A stretch of DNA of 64,000 nucleotides. It comes from Mobula birostris. Lineage: Eukaryota. The position numbers were made by a program, and so were the translations under genes. The stretch lies in NCBI RefSeq assembly GCF_030028105.1, contig NC_092385.1, forward strand, positions 24,890,774 through 24,954,773, in the 5' to 3' direction. The notes below the pieces were generated by a model. That model worked only from the letters and a program-made list of their open reading frames with translations. It was not told the origin of the DNA and did no database searches. This document shows positions 26,001 through 44,446 of the stretch, in pieces. Each line of letters starts with the position of its first letter. Positions within the stretch are counted from its first letter, which is position 1.

Positions 26001-28998
26001 TTTCTTAACTCAACCCATGAAGACTCTACACCTTCTAATCCTACGTCATCCCTTTCTAATGATTTATTATTTCTTACACACAGGGCCACCCCCACCCCCC
26101 CCCACCTACTAACCTATCTTTCCGCTACACCATATATCCTTGGACATTGAGTTCCCAATGGCAGCCATCTTTCTGCCAAGTTTCAGAGATGACCACAGCA
26201 TCATACTTGCCAATCTGTAGCTGAATTTCAAAATCGTCCAATTTATTTCTTATGCTGCGTGCATTCAAATATAACACTTTCAGTCCAGTATTTGTTGTTT
26301 TCTGTTTTAACTGCACCACACCTCTATTGCCCTATAACTCATGCCACTGGCTATGATTAAGCCTCATCTCCTGCCTGCCCTTTCTATCATCTCTTTTGCA
26401 CACTTTCTTTGATTTGTTACTATTTTCACCTTCCTCAGCCCAATGGTTCCCATCCCCCTGCCAAATTAGTTAAACTCTCCCTAACAGCCCTATTAAACCT
26501 GCCTATTAGGATATTGGACCCCTTGGGTTCAGGTGTAACCCGTCCTTTTTGTACAGGTCGTACCTCCCCCAGAAGAGGCCCCAATGATCCAGGAATCCAA
26601 AGCCCTGTCCCCAACACCAGTCTCTCAGCCACGCATTAATATGCCTGATCATGCTATTCTTGCGCTTGTGGGCACAGGCAGCAATCCTGAGATTACAACC
26701 CTGGAGGTCCTGCTTTTCAGCTTCCTACCTAACTCCCTGAATTCTCTCTTCAGGACCTCCTCCCTTTTTCTACCTACGTCATTGGTACCAACATGTACCA
26801 AGACTTCTGGCTGTTCACCCTCTCGCTTCAGAATACTCTGCACCCGATCCGAGGCATCCCATACCCTGGCACCTGGGAGGCAACACACCATGTGGTATGT
26901 CAGGCTGTCAGAACCTCCTGTCTGTTCCCCTCACTATGGAATCCTCTATGACTACCACATTCCTCATCTTCTTCTCCACCATGGAACCAGGCTCAGTGCC
27001 AGTGCTCCTCTCTCATACCACTGTAATTTCCTTTACTCCACTGAAATACTGCTACATCAGACTTTAATTTCTCCCTATCAAGTTTCAACTTGAGCTCAAT
27101 CATATTGTGATCACTGTCTCCTCAGGGTTCTTTTACCTTAAGCTCCCTAATCAACTCTAGTTCATTACGTAACACCCAATCCAGTACAGCTGATACCCTA
27201 GTAGGCTCAACAACAAACTGCTCTAAAAAAAATCCATCTCGCAGGCATTCAACAAACTCACTTTCTTGAGATCCATTACCAACCTGATTTTCCCAATCAA
27301 CCTGCGTGTTAAAATCTTTCATGACTATCATAACATTGCTCTTTTGATACGACTTTTCTATTTCCCATTGTAATCTGTGGTCTACGTCACAGCTACTGTT
27401 GGGAGGCCTGTACAGTATATAACTGCCATCAGGTTTCTTAACTCAACCCACAAGGATTCAACATCTTCCGGTCCTATATCATACCTTTCTACTGATTTGA
27501 TGCCATTCATTACCAGCAGAGCCACGCCACCCCCTCTGCCTACTTTCCTATTCCTCCGACCCAAACTTGGACATTCATATCCCAACTACAACCATCCTTC
27601 AGCAAGAATTCAGTGATGGCCACAACATCATACCTGGCAATCTGTAATATTGCAACAAGCTCATCCACCTTATTTCTTATGCTCCATGCATTGAGATATA
27701 ACACTTGGTGTACTATATTTGCTACTCTTTTTGATTCTGCATCCCCAATGCACTGATATTCACCCTGCTGGCTGCAACTTTGTCCTATCAGCTACCTGCC
27801 CTACCTGACAGTCTGACTACATGCTAACTTTGCTTTTTTATCATCTGTCCTATACTGAGACCCTTCACTCCGGTTCCTACCCACCCCACCCTACCCGCCA
27901 AATTAATTTAAGCCCTCCCCAACAGCTCTAACAAACCTACCTGTGAGAATATTGGTCCTCCTCAGGTTCAGGTGCAACCTGTCACTTTTGTACAGGTCAT
28001 ACCTCCCCCAGAAGAGATCCCAATGATCCAACAACCTGAAGCCCTGCTCCCTACACCAACCTCTCAACCACACATTAATCTGCCAAATCATCCTGTTTCT
28101 ACCCTCACTGGTGCATGGCAGAGGCAGCAATCCAGAAATTACCTCCCTGGAGGTCCTGCTTCTCAGCTTTCTGCCCAGCTATCTAAATTCTCTCTTCAGG
28201 ACCCCTTTGCTTTTCCTTTCTACGTCATTGGTACCAATATGTATCAAAACATCTACTGCTGTCCCTCCCCCTCCAAAATGTTGTGGACACAATCTAAGAC
28301 GTCCCTGACCTTGCCAGCCGGGAGGTAACATACCATCCGGATCTCATTCACATCCACAGAATCTCCTGTCTGTTGCTCTATTGAACCAAACCTCTTTTCA
28401 AATTGCAAATCTGCTGCTTCCAGTCAGCACTGACATATATATAGCCACTTCCTACAAATATGAATGACACTTTCATGTAATCTACTGCATGTATTTGCAA
28501 TCAAATTTTTTGCAGTCAGCCTAAACCACACCTTTTTCAGAAATGAACTTATCTTAGAGTTTCATTTAAGTGATCTTCCATCTTTTAGCTTCATATGATT
28601 AAGGTGAAATTATGAATTCATGGAAAGGAAATGCAAATGAGCTACATTAAGTGGAGGTACTCACTACAGTTTCACTGCATCACTATCAACCTGCGATCGC
28701 AATTGTATCCATGCATCCTAATTGCACTACTGAGCAAAAGTTTACAGTTGCTGTGATTGAATATAATTTGTTCATGAAAGAAACCCTTCTTTAATAAATG
28801 TGACACTTTGAAACATTCTACTTACATGATTTTACCAAGTAACTGTTGGTGATACTTGTGGGAACTATAACTCATGAGTTTGCTTGGAGAGAGTTCATTA
28901 TTCACTATTGACTCAGACATAGGGTATATAGGAGGCAATCGAATTCTAATATCAGGCTGGGGTGCACAGGAATTTCTAAATTTCTTTGAGGTCTTCAT
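1822..28998 (-). CDS. DNAH12: Dynein axonemal heavy chain 12, N-terminal 304 codons (7 coding exons; gene continues beyond the left edge)
   Basis: Exons 28826-28998, 16014-16104, 13979-14005, 12360-12549, 4777-4852, 3645-3803 and 1822-2017 all have AG/GT boundaries and splice in frame (912 nt). Peptides NYLFMKQCVESSPVVPIQQQWLD, DFENSMKRFLVKSVLVKP, GLDFSNPWH and KGPIECESFK...KIMTTWYPKV match the DNAH12 N-terminus as recalled (NYIYMKQCVESSPLVPIQQEWLD, GLDYSNPWH, KIMNTWYPKV). Confidence 0.9.
2440..2790 (-). mobile_element. Rex1/Babar-like LINE 3' end with microsatellite tail
   Basis: LLPSGRRYRSLRSCTSRHKKSFFPEAVTLLN, followed by (TCTAA)n on the minus strand. Confidence 0.65.
3645..3803 (-). CDS. 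DNAH12: DNAH12 coding exon 6 (GLDFSNPWHESFVKARQEI...DLSDCR)
   Basis: tctag|A GGT...TGT AG|gtatga; 159 nt. Confidence 0.9.
4777..4852 (-). CDS. DNAH12: DNAH12 coding exon 5 (VKSVLVKPEVKGLEYEDSEPLPQEPT)
   Basis: ttctag|TG...CCA AC|gtgagt; 76 nt, phase 1 to 2. Confidence 0.9.
5143..5978. mobile_element. Solo LTR (Gypsy-type)
   Basis: TGTTACA...TGTAACA termini flanked by a 4-bp direct repeat CTTG (5139-5142 / 5979-5982). Confidence 0.8.
6371..9960 (-). mobile_element. 5'-truncated, frameshifted Ty3/Gypsy LTR retrotransposon (RT-RNaseH-integrase plus 3' LTR 6371-6604)
   Basis: RT VRVCGDFKVT..DQYPL..EDIFANL..KVDLAEGY; RNaseH LACNTSPYGIGAV..EQNYAQI; HGNADVLSHLP; integrase WPEVFP..VPGHLVIDNGPQ; RYPTRVRNP tail; PPT AAGCAGAGAGGAG before the TG of the LTR. 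Confidence 0.9.
7262..7632 (+). mobile_element. CR1 LINE 3' fragment inserted in the Gypsy integrase
   Basis: YKILKGLDRLDAGRLFP..RTRGHSLR; (TTTCTATG)n tail; TGAATT direct repeat at 7256-7261 / 7633-7638. Confidence 0.85.
10250..11640 (+). mobile_element. Decayed Rex1/Babar-like LINE RT region
   Basis: WQGLHAVTD, LNDYCLVALTSTIMK, LDPLQFSY, PQGCILSP, IYKFAYDTTI. Confidence 0.7.
12360..12549 (-). CDS. DNAH12: DNAH12 coding exon 4 (LNYLFMKQCVESSP...ENSMKRFL)
   Basis: ttcag|TTA...TTG G|gtacgt; 190 nt; lies inside ORF 12298..12597. Confidence 0.92.
12993..13779. mobile_element. Non-autonomous cut-and-paste DNA transposon (13-bp TIR, 6-bp TSD) inserted in a CR1 remnant
   Basis: CAGACATCCCACC...GGTGGGATGTCTG termini; ATGTTG direct repeat at 12987-12992 / 13780-13785. 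Confidence 0.8.
13352..13676. repeat. Degenerate (CT)n/(CTCG)n microsatellite inside the DNA transposon
   Basis: ctctcgctctctct... low-complexity run. Confidence 0.95.
13979..14005 (-). CDS. DNAH12: DNAH12 coding exon 3, 27-nt microexon (MNSEQKQRR)
   Basis: ttctttcacttgcag|ATG AAC AGT GAG CAA AAG CAG CGA AGG|gtaagt; phase 0-0; positionally matches recalled human MTSEMKKKG. Confidence 0.8.
15456..15527 (+). repeat. 72-nt inverted repeat / pre-miRNA-like hairpin
   Basis: 33-nt arms and 6-nt loop; 26 Watson-Crick pairs, 6 G-U pairs, 1 U-U mismatch on the plus strand. Confidence 0.9.
16014..16104 (-). CDS. DNAH12: DNAH12 coding exon 2 (FDDARRIYDEVMQEIEKQEPSTPEPQLPST)
   Basis: ttatag|C TTT...ACA|gtgagt; 91 nt, phase 2 to 0. 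Confidence 0.8.
16540..18066 (-). mobile_element. CR1 LINE A, RT portion (outer element)
   Basis: QHGFLKGKSCLINLL, AVVYLDFQKAFDKVPH, QGSVLGPLFF, INDLDDG. Confidence 0.9.
17340..17922. repeat. ~125-bp inverted duplication within CR1 A (17340-17467 vs 17797-17922)
   Basis: 17797-17922 is the reverse complement of 17340-17467 with few differences. Confidence 0.9.
18067..26995 (-). mobile_element. Near-full-length decayed CR1 LINE B (SGNH-esterase ORF1 part, APE endonuclease, RT), interrupted by the Nimb element
   Basis: ORF1 CLPGARV..VHVGTNDVG..VVISGLLPVP; APE LYLNARSIRNK..ISETW..SDHNMIEF; RT DFQKAFDKV..QGSMLGPLLF|..AKFAEDAKIGG..LVRPHLEYCVQFW; (TTATGG)-type tail near 18067. Confidence 0.9.
19051..24361 (-). 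mobile_element. Full-length Nimb/I-group non-LTR retrotransposon (CCHC ORF1; ORF2 APE-RT-RNaseH-zinc finger), frameshifted
   Basis: ORF1 PLRCYNCQKFG; APE QWNARSL..CIQETWL..GSDHYP; RT QSGFRKGR..FFDIEKA..GTPQGSVISPLLF..SLFADD; RNaseH VYTDGTK..GNERVDELAK; RLRLGH..CEEC..ESVEHVVLSC; (AAG)n tail; TSD TCATTGACATAC at 19039-19050 / 24362-24373. Confidence 0.92.
26997..28385 (-). mobile_element. CR1 LINE A, 5' portion (APE plus SGNH-esterase ORF1)
   Basis: RGGGVALLV, VESLWVELRN, QFVVEPTR; WLRGWCREQGFRLLDHWDLFWGRYDLYKSDRLHLN. Confidence 0.85.
28826..28998 (-). CDS. DNAH12: DNAH12 first coding exon (MKTSKKFRNSCAPQPDIRIRLPPIYPM...LLGKI)
   Basis: Polypyrimidine tract and branch-like ctaac, ttag|ATG, ends ATC AT|gtaagt; RLPPI resembles KLPPI of DNAH12; phase fits the next exon. 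Confidence 0.8.
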
Positions 28999-30099
28999 CT
29001 AAGTTAGTAAAGAAAGAAAATTAACAAAAAAATTATTCCTAAAGATCATTTAATAATTCTTCTGATGGTAAAACATAAAGAACAAAAGTGAAATTAATTA
29101 CAAATAATTATATGCAATATACAGTGCAAATGCAGAAGATTTGTCCTAAAGTTCCTTCTCATCTATCAATACTCCCTTCCCTTCATGTAACTTGTCATAA
29201 AGTGGAAAAGGATATTTTATGTCTCTAAAACAAATTATAACTTTTTTTAAAAGGCTATGCTGCTAAACCCCTCTTTGTGTTATCAATCTCTTGATCTATT
29301 CTCCGTTCTGTAACTTTATTTTACAGTATCTGCCTTGAAGATGCACTCTTTAAGATCTGTCCACTCTTCCAAGCTGTCTGTTCTGAAGTTGGCGATATTC
29401 TTCCACAGTTTTGTCATGTGTACGCAATGATCCAAAGCAAAGCATAGATGTAAAGCTGAAATGTTAATTTTGTTTTTAATTTTGTCACCAAAATTTATGA
29501 TCAAAGCAATTTGAAACTATTCATTCACAAGTATCCCTCAATTTATGGAAGTTTCGAAATATAGGGAAATGTTTCATTAAGCGCTTTAGGTCGAAAGTTC
29601 ACGAATTTCGGTCAAAATACCCAAAAACGACATACAGCAGTCTGAAAATCATTTTCAATGATAATGTAGCCTTTCAGGTGCTCACCAAATGAAACGTGCA
29701 AGATGCCTCTCCATCTCACACTCCCCCCTCCCGTCCTCTGACTCTCACCACTGGAATTTAATTTGTTGTCTATTTCTAACATTTTACATTATTAGAGTGA
29801 AATAAGAATGTAGGTCACGAGTTAATTGCACTGTACTGATAATAGAACGTTAGTAACTTTGAACGATAATTGCACTTGTTTTAGAGGATATCGATGGATT
29901 ACTGTGACATTACTGCATACGTTGTCTAACTGAGTAAAATCCTGTCATTCCTGGTTAATCACATTCACACACTATTGATACTCAAAAGATTTTTTCAGTT
30001 GACGTACAATGTATCACATCAGAATTTCTTCTCTTAAGCTTATTAACATTTTCATTACTCGAGTAAGATTTAAACTTTATAAGCTCGTGGCTATTATTA

Positions 30100-30620
30100 G
30101 TTTTTGCCCCTTTAAAATCTCTTTTGCCCTTTTTGAGATGTGTTGTGGTACTGGTGAGAATTGAGTCCCAGAGCGGCGCCCCTGACGGGGTCCGAGAGAG
30201 AACCGACCAGTGCTCGCTCGGCCTCTCCCTGAGCCGGCTCGTTCGCCTGTGTTACAGGCGACTTGTCCCGGGTTTTCTCCAGCGTACAGCCTTAGAAGCC
30301 AGCTATACAAACACACATGCCCGGGGTGACCTACCTGGCCGGCCCGCGTGTCTTACCTCGGTCCACTCCCCAGGGAAGCCCGCTACTTTCTGGTGTCCGC
30401 AAACAAGTCGGTCACCATAGTGATGGCGAATCGGAGGTTGCCAGGCAGCGCTGCAGCGTGGAAGCACGAGCCCAACTCGTGTTTCATTCGGGAGTCGAAG
30501 CGACCGCGAGAATCGCGACCAGTGTGAGATGCGGTTCTTCCTCCCTGGCGTGTCCCATTCACGTCAATATAAGCATGTTTTCGATTCTGCTGCAAATGTC
30601 TGCAAAGTTAAGCTTTTAAA
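30100..30620 (-). promoter_or_regulatory. CpG-rich promoter and probable non-coding exon 1 of DNAH12, with two RFX X-box-like motifs
   Basis: Local CpG/GC enrichment. GTCACCATAGTGAT (30411-30424) and GTTGCCAGGCAGC (30437-30449) resemble the X-box GTNRCC-N-RGYAAC. Minus-strand donor CAG|GTAGGT near 30335. Confidence 0.6.
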
Positions 30621-31339
30621 GCAACTTTGCTCAATCAGATTTTTGATGCAACAACAAACTTGCATTTATAAACCGCGGCAATGACACCCACCGGCTGAAA
30701 AGCCTTCAGAATCCATTACGTCTGTATTGCTCGCTTTAACATCCTCTTCTCTCCCTATTCAATTTGTATTTCTTAGGATCTGGACATCGCTGGCCAGGCC
30801 AGGGTTTACTGCCCATCCCTGATTGTTCTTGGAAAAGTTGGTGGTGAGGATTTGAACAGTGACACTCACAGTCATTGGACTGGGAGAAGAGAGAAAGAGA
30901 TCTAGAATATAAACACCGCGGCACTGAGGGGACTTGCAAAAGGGTATATAGGCGGCAGTGCTCCCGCCTCCCTTCCGAAAGAACGGCGGAACTGGATTCA
31001 ACCTGAAGTCCAAAAATGAAGTTGGATTGTACTTGAACAGAGAAAAAAAATACAAGAGCTACAGATAAAGACCAGGGAATGGAGCTGCATGAGACTCGAT
31101 CCGAAGTGGGAACTCATGAAGCGTTTCACAAACATAAACAGTACATGAACAGTAAGTTCATGCTGTTCACGATTATTGCCGTGGTCACACATAGCCAGGG
31201 TAGGAATGCCATGAAAATCAGTTTTTGCTGCAGCAATGAGGTACATTACAAACATAAATTGTACATAATTTACATGACAGAATAAACAAGGAATTACATA
31301 AGAATATTAGTGCAACTTGAGGGAAATAGAGTCTAGTTC

Positions 31340-32100
31340 AAGGCAGTATTAGGATTTTTTTTGCGGTTGGTGCAGAACCCGTTAGCATTGAAGAAGAAAC
31401 TTCCTGAACCTTGAGATGTGGATCTTCAAACTCCTGTACTTCCTGCTTGATGGCAGCAATGACAAAAGGCATGGTTGGTGGGGGGGGGGTCTTAATAATG
31501 GATTTTGCCCTCATGAGGTATGGCATCTTGTAAATATCCTTGACGTTGGGAGGCTCAAACATGAGGAACTGGCCACTCTCTGTAGCCTCCTGCATTCCTG
31601 CAATTTGGAGTTCCCATCCCAGTCTGATTGCTTTCCACTGTACATCATTAGAAGTTGGTCACAGAGTTTTAATAACTTTGAGGGAATTAGGTATGTTGGT
31701 GTGCTTTCTTCATGGGTGCAACTATGTGCCGGGTCTAGGATAAATCTTCCAATAGATCGACACCCAGAAACTTGAAATTGTTCATTCTTCCACCACAGAC
31801 CCCTCAGTGAGGAATGGTGCTAATTCACCTGACTTCCTGTTCACAGTTCAGTCATTTATATTTAGAAATACAGCATGATAACGGGTCCTTCTGGCCTCAC
31901 AAGCCTGTACTGCCCAATTACACTCGTGACCAATTAACCTACTAGTACATACAGGTTTGGAATGTGCTGCCATTGACATTGAGTGTGAGGTTATTAGTAT
32001 GACACCACTAATCTGTTTCCTGGATGTCTCCTTGTCACCATCCATGATTCTACCAAACAACAGTGGTGTTATCAGCAAATTTGTAGAAAGCATTGGAGCT
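31340..32100 (-). mobile_element. Decayed Rex1/Babar-like LINE fragments
   Basis: KFADNTTVV-like RT motif near 32060; 3' LPSSRKYRSL-like segment. Confidence 0.55.
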
Positions 32101-32886
32101 CTACTTCTCTTGCTAGGTACTCTTCCCTCTCTGAGGATATTACTGATGATGAATGTTTTTGGCAAGGCTTTAACACCAGTTTGCAGCCGCAAACGCATAG
32201 CACCACTATGATGACTGTGTGCTTCAAGGTTTTTGTCATAGTTTCTTCGCAAGCTAAACCAGCAGCATCTAACAATTTCTGGTTCTTCAGGAAGAACAGT
32301 TTGTGGTTCATTAGGAAGAACACTTTTATCTCCCGTCCTATGAAGTGAAGCAACATGAGAGTGCATAATGTATTGTGCATGTGATACAATTCCACAATGT
32401 GTGCTGTAGGCTGAACTTGCATTGTCTTAGATATCATCTATCAACGGTCAGCCACCTTTATCAATCTTGAAAGATAGAACTGCTCTGTGATCACAGGCAA
32501 CATATCCTACACATCTCAGCCTAACAGCTTAGGAATAATCATAATTGTTTCATCCTGAAACAGACCCCCTCCACCATCTTGCATTCATTGCAACTGGTCT
32601 TAAACTTCAAGCTAGTTCCTGGATGACGAGGGATATGTATCCCCATCAAGCATGTCTCGAGATTCTCATATTGAAACTCATCCTGGCTATCCAACATGTT
32701 GTTACAAAGTGCCATTAGGATGAAGAAGCCATCTCTAGATTTGATTCTCATAAGAACATCTTCCTCCTCAGCAACGGGAATGAAAGAAAGGTGAGTGATT
32801 AACTTGTGGCATGAAGGGAGAGTGGAGAGTTAATTTCAATTTTCAAAGGTCAAAATTTGAAGTACTTTTTAAAATCAAAGTACATG

Positions 32887-33283
32887 TAGTACTGTGCAAT
32901 AGTTTCAGGGCAAGTAACAGATTCGGTAAAGTGAAGATGCTTTCAAAATAATGAAATGAAAAGTATCTAAATATCAAAAACAAAATTAATATAAAGAGTA
33001 GTAAACAGTAAAAACTAAATCAAATCAATCTTTGGTGCGACCACCCTTTGTCTTTGAAATTGCATCAATTCTCTTAGGTACTCTGTTGTGCGGTTTTATA
33101 AGAAAGTCAGTCGGTAGATTGTTCCATGCATCTTGAAGAACTTGCCACTGTCTGTCTCACTTGCTTCTGCCTCTCCAGGTAATCCAGACAGACTCAATGT
33201 CATTGAGATTGGGGTTCTGTGGAAGCCAAACCATCTGAAACCATCTAAAAGTCTAGGGTGCCTAAGACTTTTGCACAGTATTG
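32887..33283. mobile_element. Tc1/mariner-like MITE or deletion derivative
   Basis: Imperfect TIRs AGTACTGTGCAATAGT / ACTTTTGCACAGTATTG followed by TA; the same TIR recurs near 51153 and 51761. Confidence 0.6.
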
Positions 33284-33479
33284 TATATGTCACCAAATAC
33301 TCACCTGAGATTCATTTACTTGCAGGCATTCACAATAGAACAAAGAAATAAAATAGAATCAATGAAAAGCTACACACAAAGGCTGACAAGCAACCAATGT
33401 ACAAAAGACAAACTGTGCAAATACAAAAAAAAACAAACAATAATAATAATAATGATAAAGTCCGATAAAAAGACTCGAG

Positions 33480-34545
33480 TTTAAGCAGAGCAGCCACTGT
33501 TTGTGTGGGCCAATGTTAGAGTGATCAGGCTTTGGTGAGAAAAAGCAAAGGTTCTAAGTTAGTTCTTTTGCCTTTGTTTGTTTATTGGTACATAGCTAGT
33601 GTAGTGAGAATGAGTCCAGAGTTAGTGGTATGTTCTTTGTGTGAGATGTACAAACTCTGGGAGACTTCTAGTCTCCCTGATAACTGCAAAGTGTACATCT
33701 GTACAAAGTGCAATGAGCTGCAGCTCCTTAAGACAGTGTGTTAAGGAACTAGAGTTGCAGCACGATGACCTTTAGGTTATATGGGAGAACGAGGAACAGT
33801 ATCCTCTCGAAGGTGCACAGACATACACGTCTTTTGCTATTAGTGCTCAAAGGAATTTAAACTGCACACAAAAGGTTGTCACCCTGTACCTCGTTAGCAG
33901 GTTAAGTATATCCTTTTCAGGTTTCTGATGCAGATGATGTTGACAATGTGGAATTCAGGATGATTTGTCTGCAGATTTTAGAACTGGCTTGTCTATACTG
34001 TTTTTATTGAAGAAATTATTCAGCACGCACATATTGCTGTCACTGGGCAAAAAATTGCACAGCACAAGATTTTTGAGCATACTGGTCATTCCAAGTTGAT
34101 GAGGAGGTGATAGATAGGAGCTACAGGCTTGAGGCAGGTGACTGCCAGGAGAGGGAAAGGGAATAGGCAGCCAGTGAAGAGTACCTCTGTGGCCATTCCT
34201 CACAATAATAAGTATATCACTTTGGATACCCTTAGAGGGATGAACTACCAGTGGGGAAGCTGCAGCAACTGGGTGTCTGGCTCTGTATATCAGAAGGGAA
34301 GGAGGAAGAGGAGGAATGCAACAGTGATAGGGGACTCCATAGTTAGAGGAGCAAACATCAAGTTCTGTGGATGCACCTCCCAGGTGCCAGGGTCAGGCAT
34401 GTCTCATCAGGTTCACCATATTCTAAAGGTGGAGGGGGAAGAAGACAGAAGCTGTGGTACATAATGGTACCAACAACATAGAAAGGAAAAGGAATGGGAT
34501 CCTGAAGAGAGAATGTAGGGAGTTGGGTAGAAATCCTAAGGAAAG
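33480..34545 (+). mobile_element. CR1 LINE 5' portion (zinc finger plus GDSL/SGNH esterase ORF1)
   Basis: VVCSLCEM..YICTKCNELQLL; VIGDSIVRG; GTNNI. Confidence 0.8.
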
Positions 34546-36938
34546 TGTGCCACCAGTTAGACTCATCACCGATCACTCTACCTTCTCCAGAAGGACTGTT
34601 GAAAATATCCTGACTGGTTGCTTCATGGTCTAGTACAGTCATTTAAATTCCCAAGAATGCAAGAAGCTGCCAAGTAGTGGACTTTGCCCAGTACATCCTG
34701 GGCACATCACTCTCCATCATTTGTAGTATGCCTCAAGGTGGTCACCAATCATTAAAGATCCCCACCATCGGGCAGGAAGGAGGTACGGAAGCTTTGAATC
34801 CCACACCACCAGGTTCAAGACTGCTACTTCCCTCTAACCACTCAGTTCTTGCACCAACTGGTAAAACCCTAATCACTACCGTTTTAGCAACACTTGGACC
34901 ACTTCACACGAAAATGGGACTTTTCTGTCCTAATTGTGAATTTTTGTTTAAATTTTTGTTTACACTACATTTTGTTAATGATGATTATATGGTGCTATAT
35001 GCCTGTAACACTGCTGCAATAAGTTTTAATTGCACCTGCACATAGATATACTTGAATATATAGTAATGGCAACGAACTTGATTTTGGTGTACGGGTCCTA
35101 CGATCTATAGAGGTGACAGCAGAAAAGCCAGATGGTGAAGGCAGCTTCATTAGCCAAAGGCAGAGAAATTTTAGCACAATTATATAAACCATTGGTTAAG
35201 CCACAAATGGAATACTGTGTGTAGCTCTGGTGACAACAGGAAGGCTGCAATTATATTGTAGAGGATACAGAGAATCAACACAATATTACCTGAAATGGAG
35301 CATTGCAAAGTCAAATTTAAGGCCATATGCAGCAAGTACATGAATATACCCATGCAATTAAAAGAACTTGCAGCTGCACCACAGGCACTAAAAATAATAT
35401 AGCATTATTTACAAGAGAAAACAATTTGAAGGGGAATAAAAGCCCATTTTATTGCAAAATGACCATGGTATTGCATTACTGTAGTGATTGGTGTTGCTCT
35501 AGTTGATTCAACGGCTAACTACTTGAAGTAGCTGTTCTTGAACCTGGTGCTGTGGGACTTTTCTTCTATACCTCCTGTCCGATGGTAACTCAGAAGATGG
35601 CATGGTGCAGAGGACAGAGAACTTCCATGGATGTTACCTTGGGGCAGTGTCTCCTGTAGATACTAGCAATACTGGGGAGTGAAGTACCCATCATTTATTG
35701 GGCAGAATCTATTACTCTCTAGCTTATGTTCCTACACATTCAAATTGCCATACCAGAATACAACACACCCAGATAGGATACTTTAAACTGCAATTCATAT
35801 TAAATTTGTTAAGTCAGTGACAAGCCAAATCTCTGTAACTTCCTATGATGGTGGTGCACCTTCACTGTAGTTGCATCTATGTGCTGGGCCCAGGACAGGT
35901 CAACTGATGTGACATCCAGAAATTTAAAGCTGCTCTCTCCACCATCCATCAGTTATGAGCAGACTGGATTGTTTTCCTGGGCATCTTATGAGAACTATAA
36001 ATAAGGAATAGGGAACATTCCCCCTCTCCCACAGCACAAGTGTCCAATACTGGAGAACAAAGCAGATGATGTTCAGAAAGGATTGGTGGACCAACATTTT
36101 CACCCAAAGCTCATTGGAATCTGGAACATACTGCTTATCAGGATGGCGAAGGGAGACTTTCTCCAGATGAATATTTGAATACCAAGAGATTACATAACTG
36201 CTATAAATGGATTTATATAGATGGGTACATGATGGTGGACATAGTAGGCCAGAGCCTTTTGCTATGCTGCATAACCAATCTTCTACTGATTTCATTGCCC
36301 CTCTATTTTGGATTTGGGTTCCTTGCAACAGGAAATATTCTCCCCCCCCCCCCCCCCATGACTGCCTTCATAATCTAAGGTTACCACTCTAGAAATTTGT
36401 CCTGAGCAAGACACTGTTTGCTCACCTTTTATTCCTTTTAGTTCATGCTTGTAAATCCGTTACTTTCACCCTTGTTGCAATATCTTAAGATTTGCCAATT
36501 AGAATTGTGTATTGTAAGCCAAGAACAAAGTGCCATAAGGTTTAAGAATCTCTATACCAACTCAATATTTCAAATTGAATCACAATGTTTTGTTCACATT
36601 ACCAAGTTAGCAATTTACATCACTAGGATTTGTAAATGTGTACTGTGACAACTTTGCTCCTCCACCTAATTTAGTCTAATCACCAAATGCCAAGTTTTTA
36701 AAAGAAGCATTCAAGTATCTTAGAACTAGACTTTCTATTGTGATCTTTGCTTACCCACAACGGGTTGGGTTCTGGTCCCACAGAAGTTGTACCACTCGCT
36801 TGCTAATTTTGAGCCTTGATCAAGAGGGTAAAGGATATAACCCACAAATGGCAAAGCCCAAATTCAGATGAAAATTTATGGACAGCAAATAGCAAGGATT
36901 TAATAAAATAATTAACTTCAGAAAGCACTTTAAAATGT

Positions 36939-36944
36939 TTTATT
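36939..36944 (-). terminator. RPS23 polyadenylation signal AATAAA
   Basis: tttatt on the plus strand, about 30 nt after the stop codon. Confidence 0.8.
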
Positions 36945-36972
36945 TTCCATATTTGTTACTATAATGACAGGT

Positions 36973-44412
<7,440 letters not shown>

Positions 44413-44435
44413 GCTGCAGGCTCCGCCGCTCGTCC

Positions 44436-44446
44436 AAAAGAAAGGG
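44436..44446 (-). promoter_or_regulatory. 5'TOP/TCT initiator pyrimidine tract of RPS23
   Basis: Minus strand CCCTTTCTTTT about 25 nt upstream of the ATG within a CpG island; typical of vertebrate ribosomal protein genes. Confidence 0.85.

Noticed and set aside
30077-30619. ORFs in the second GC-rich region; considered PDE12 or another divergent gene
   Set aside because: No recognisable protein similarity; explained by promoter GC content.
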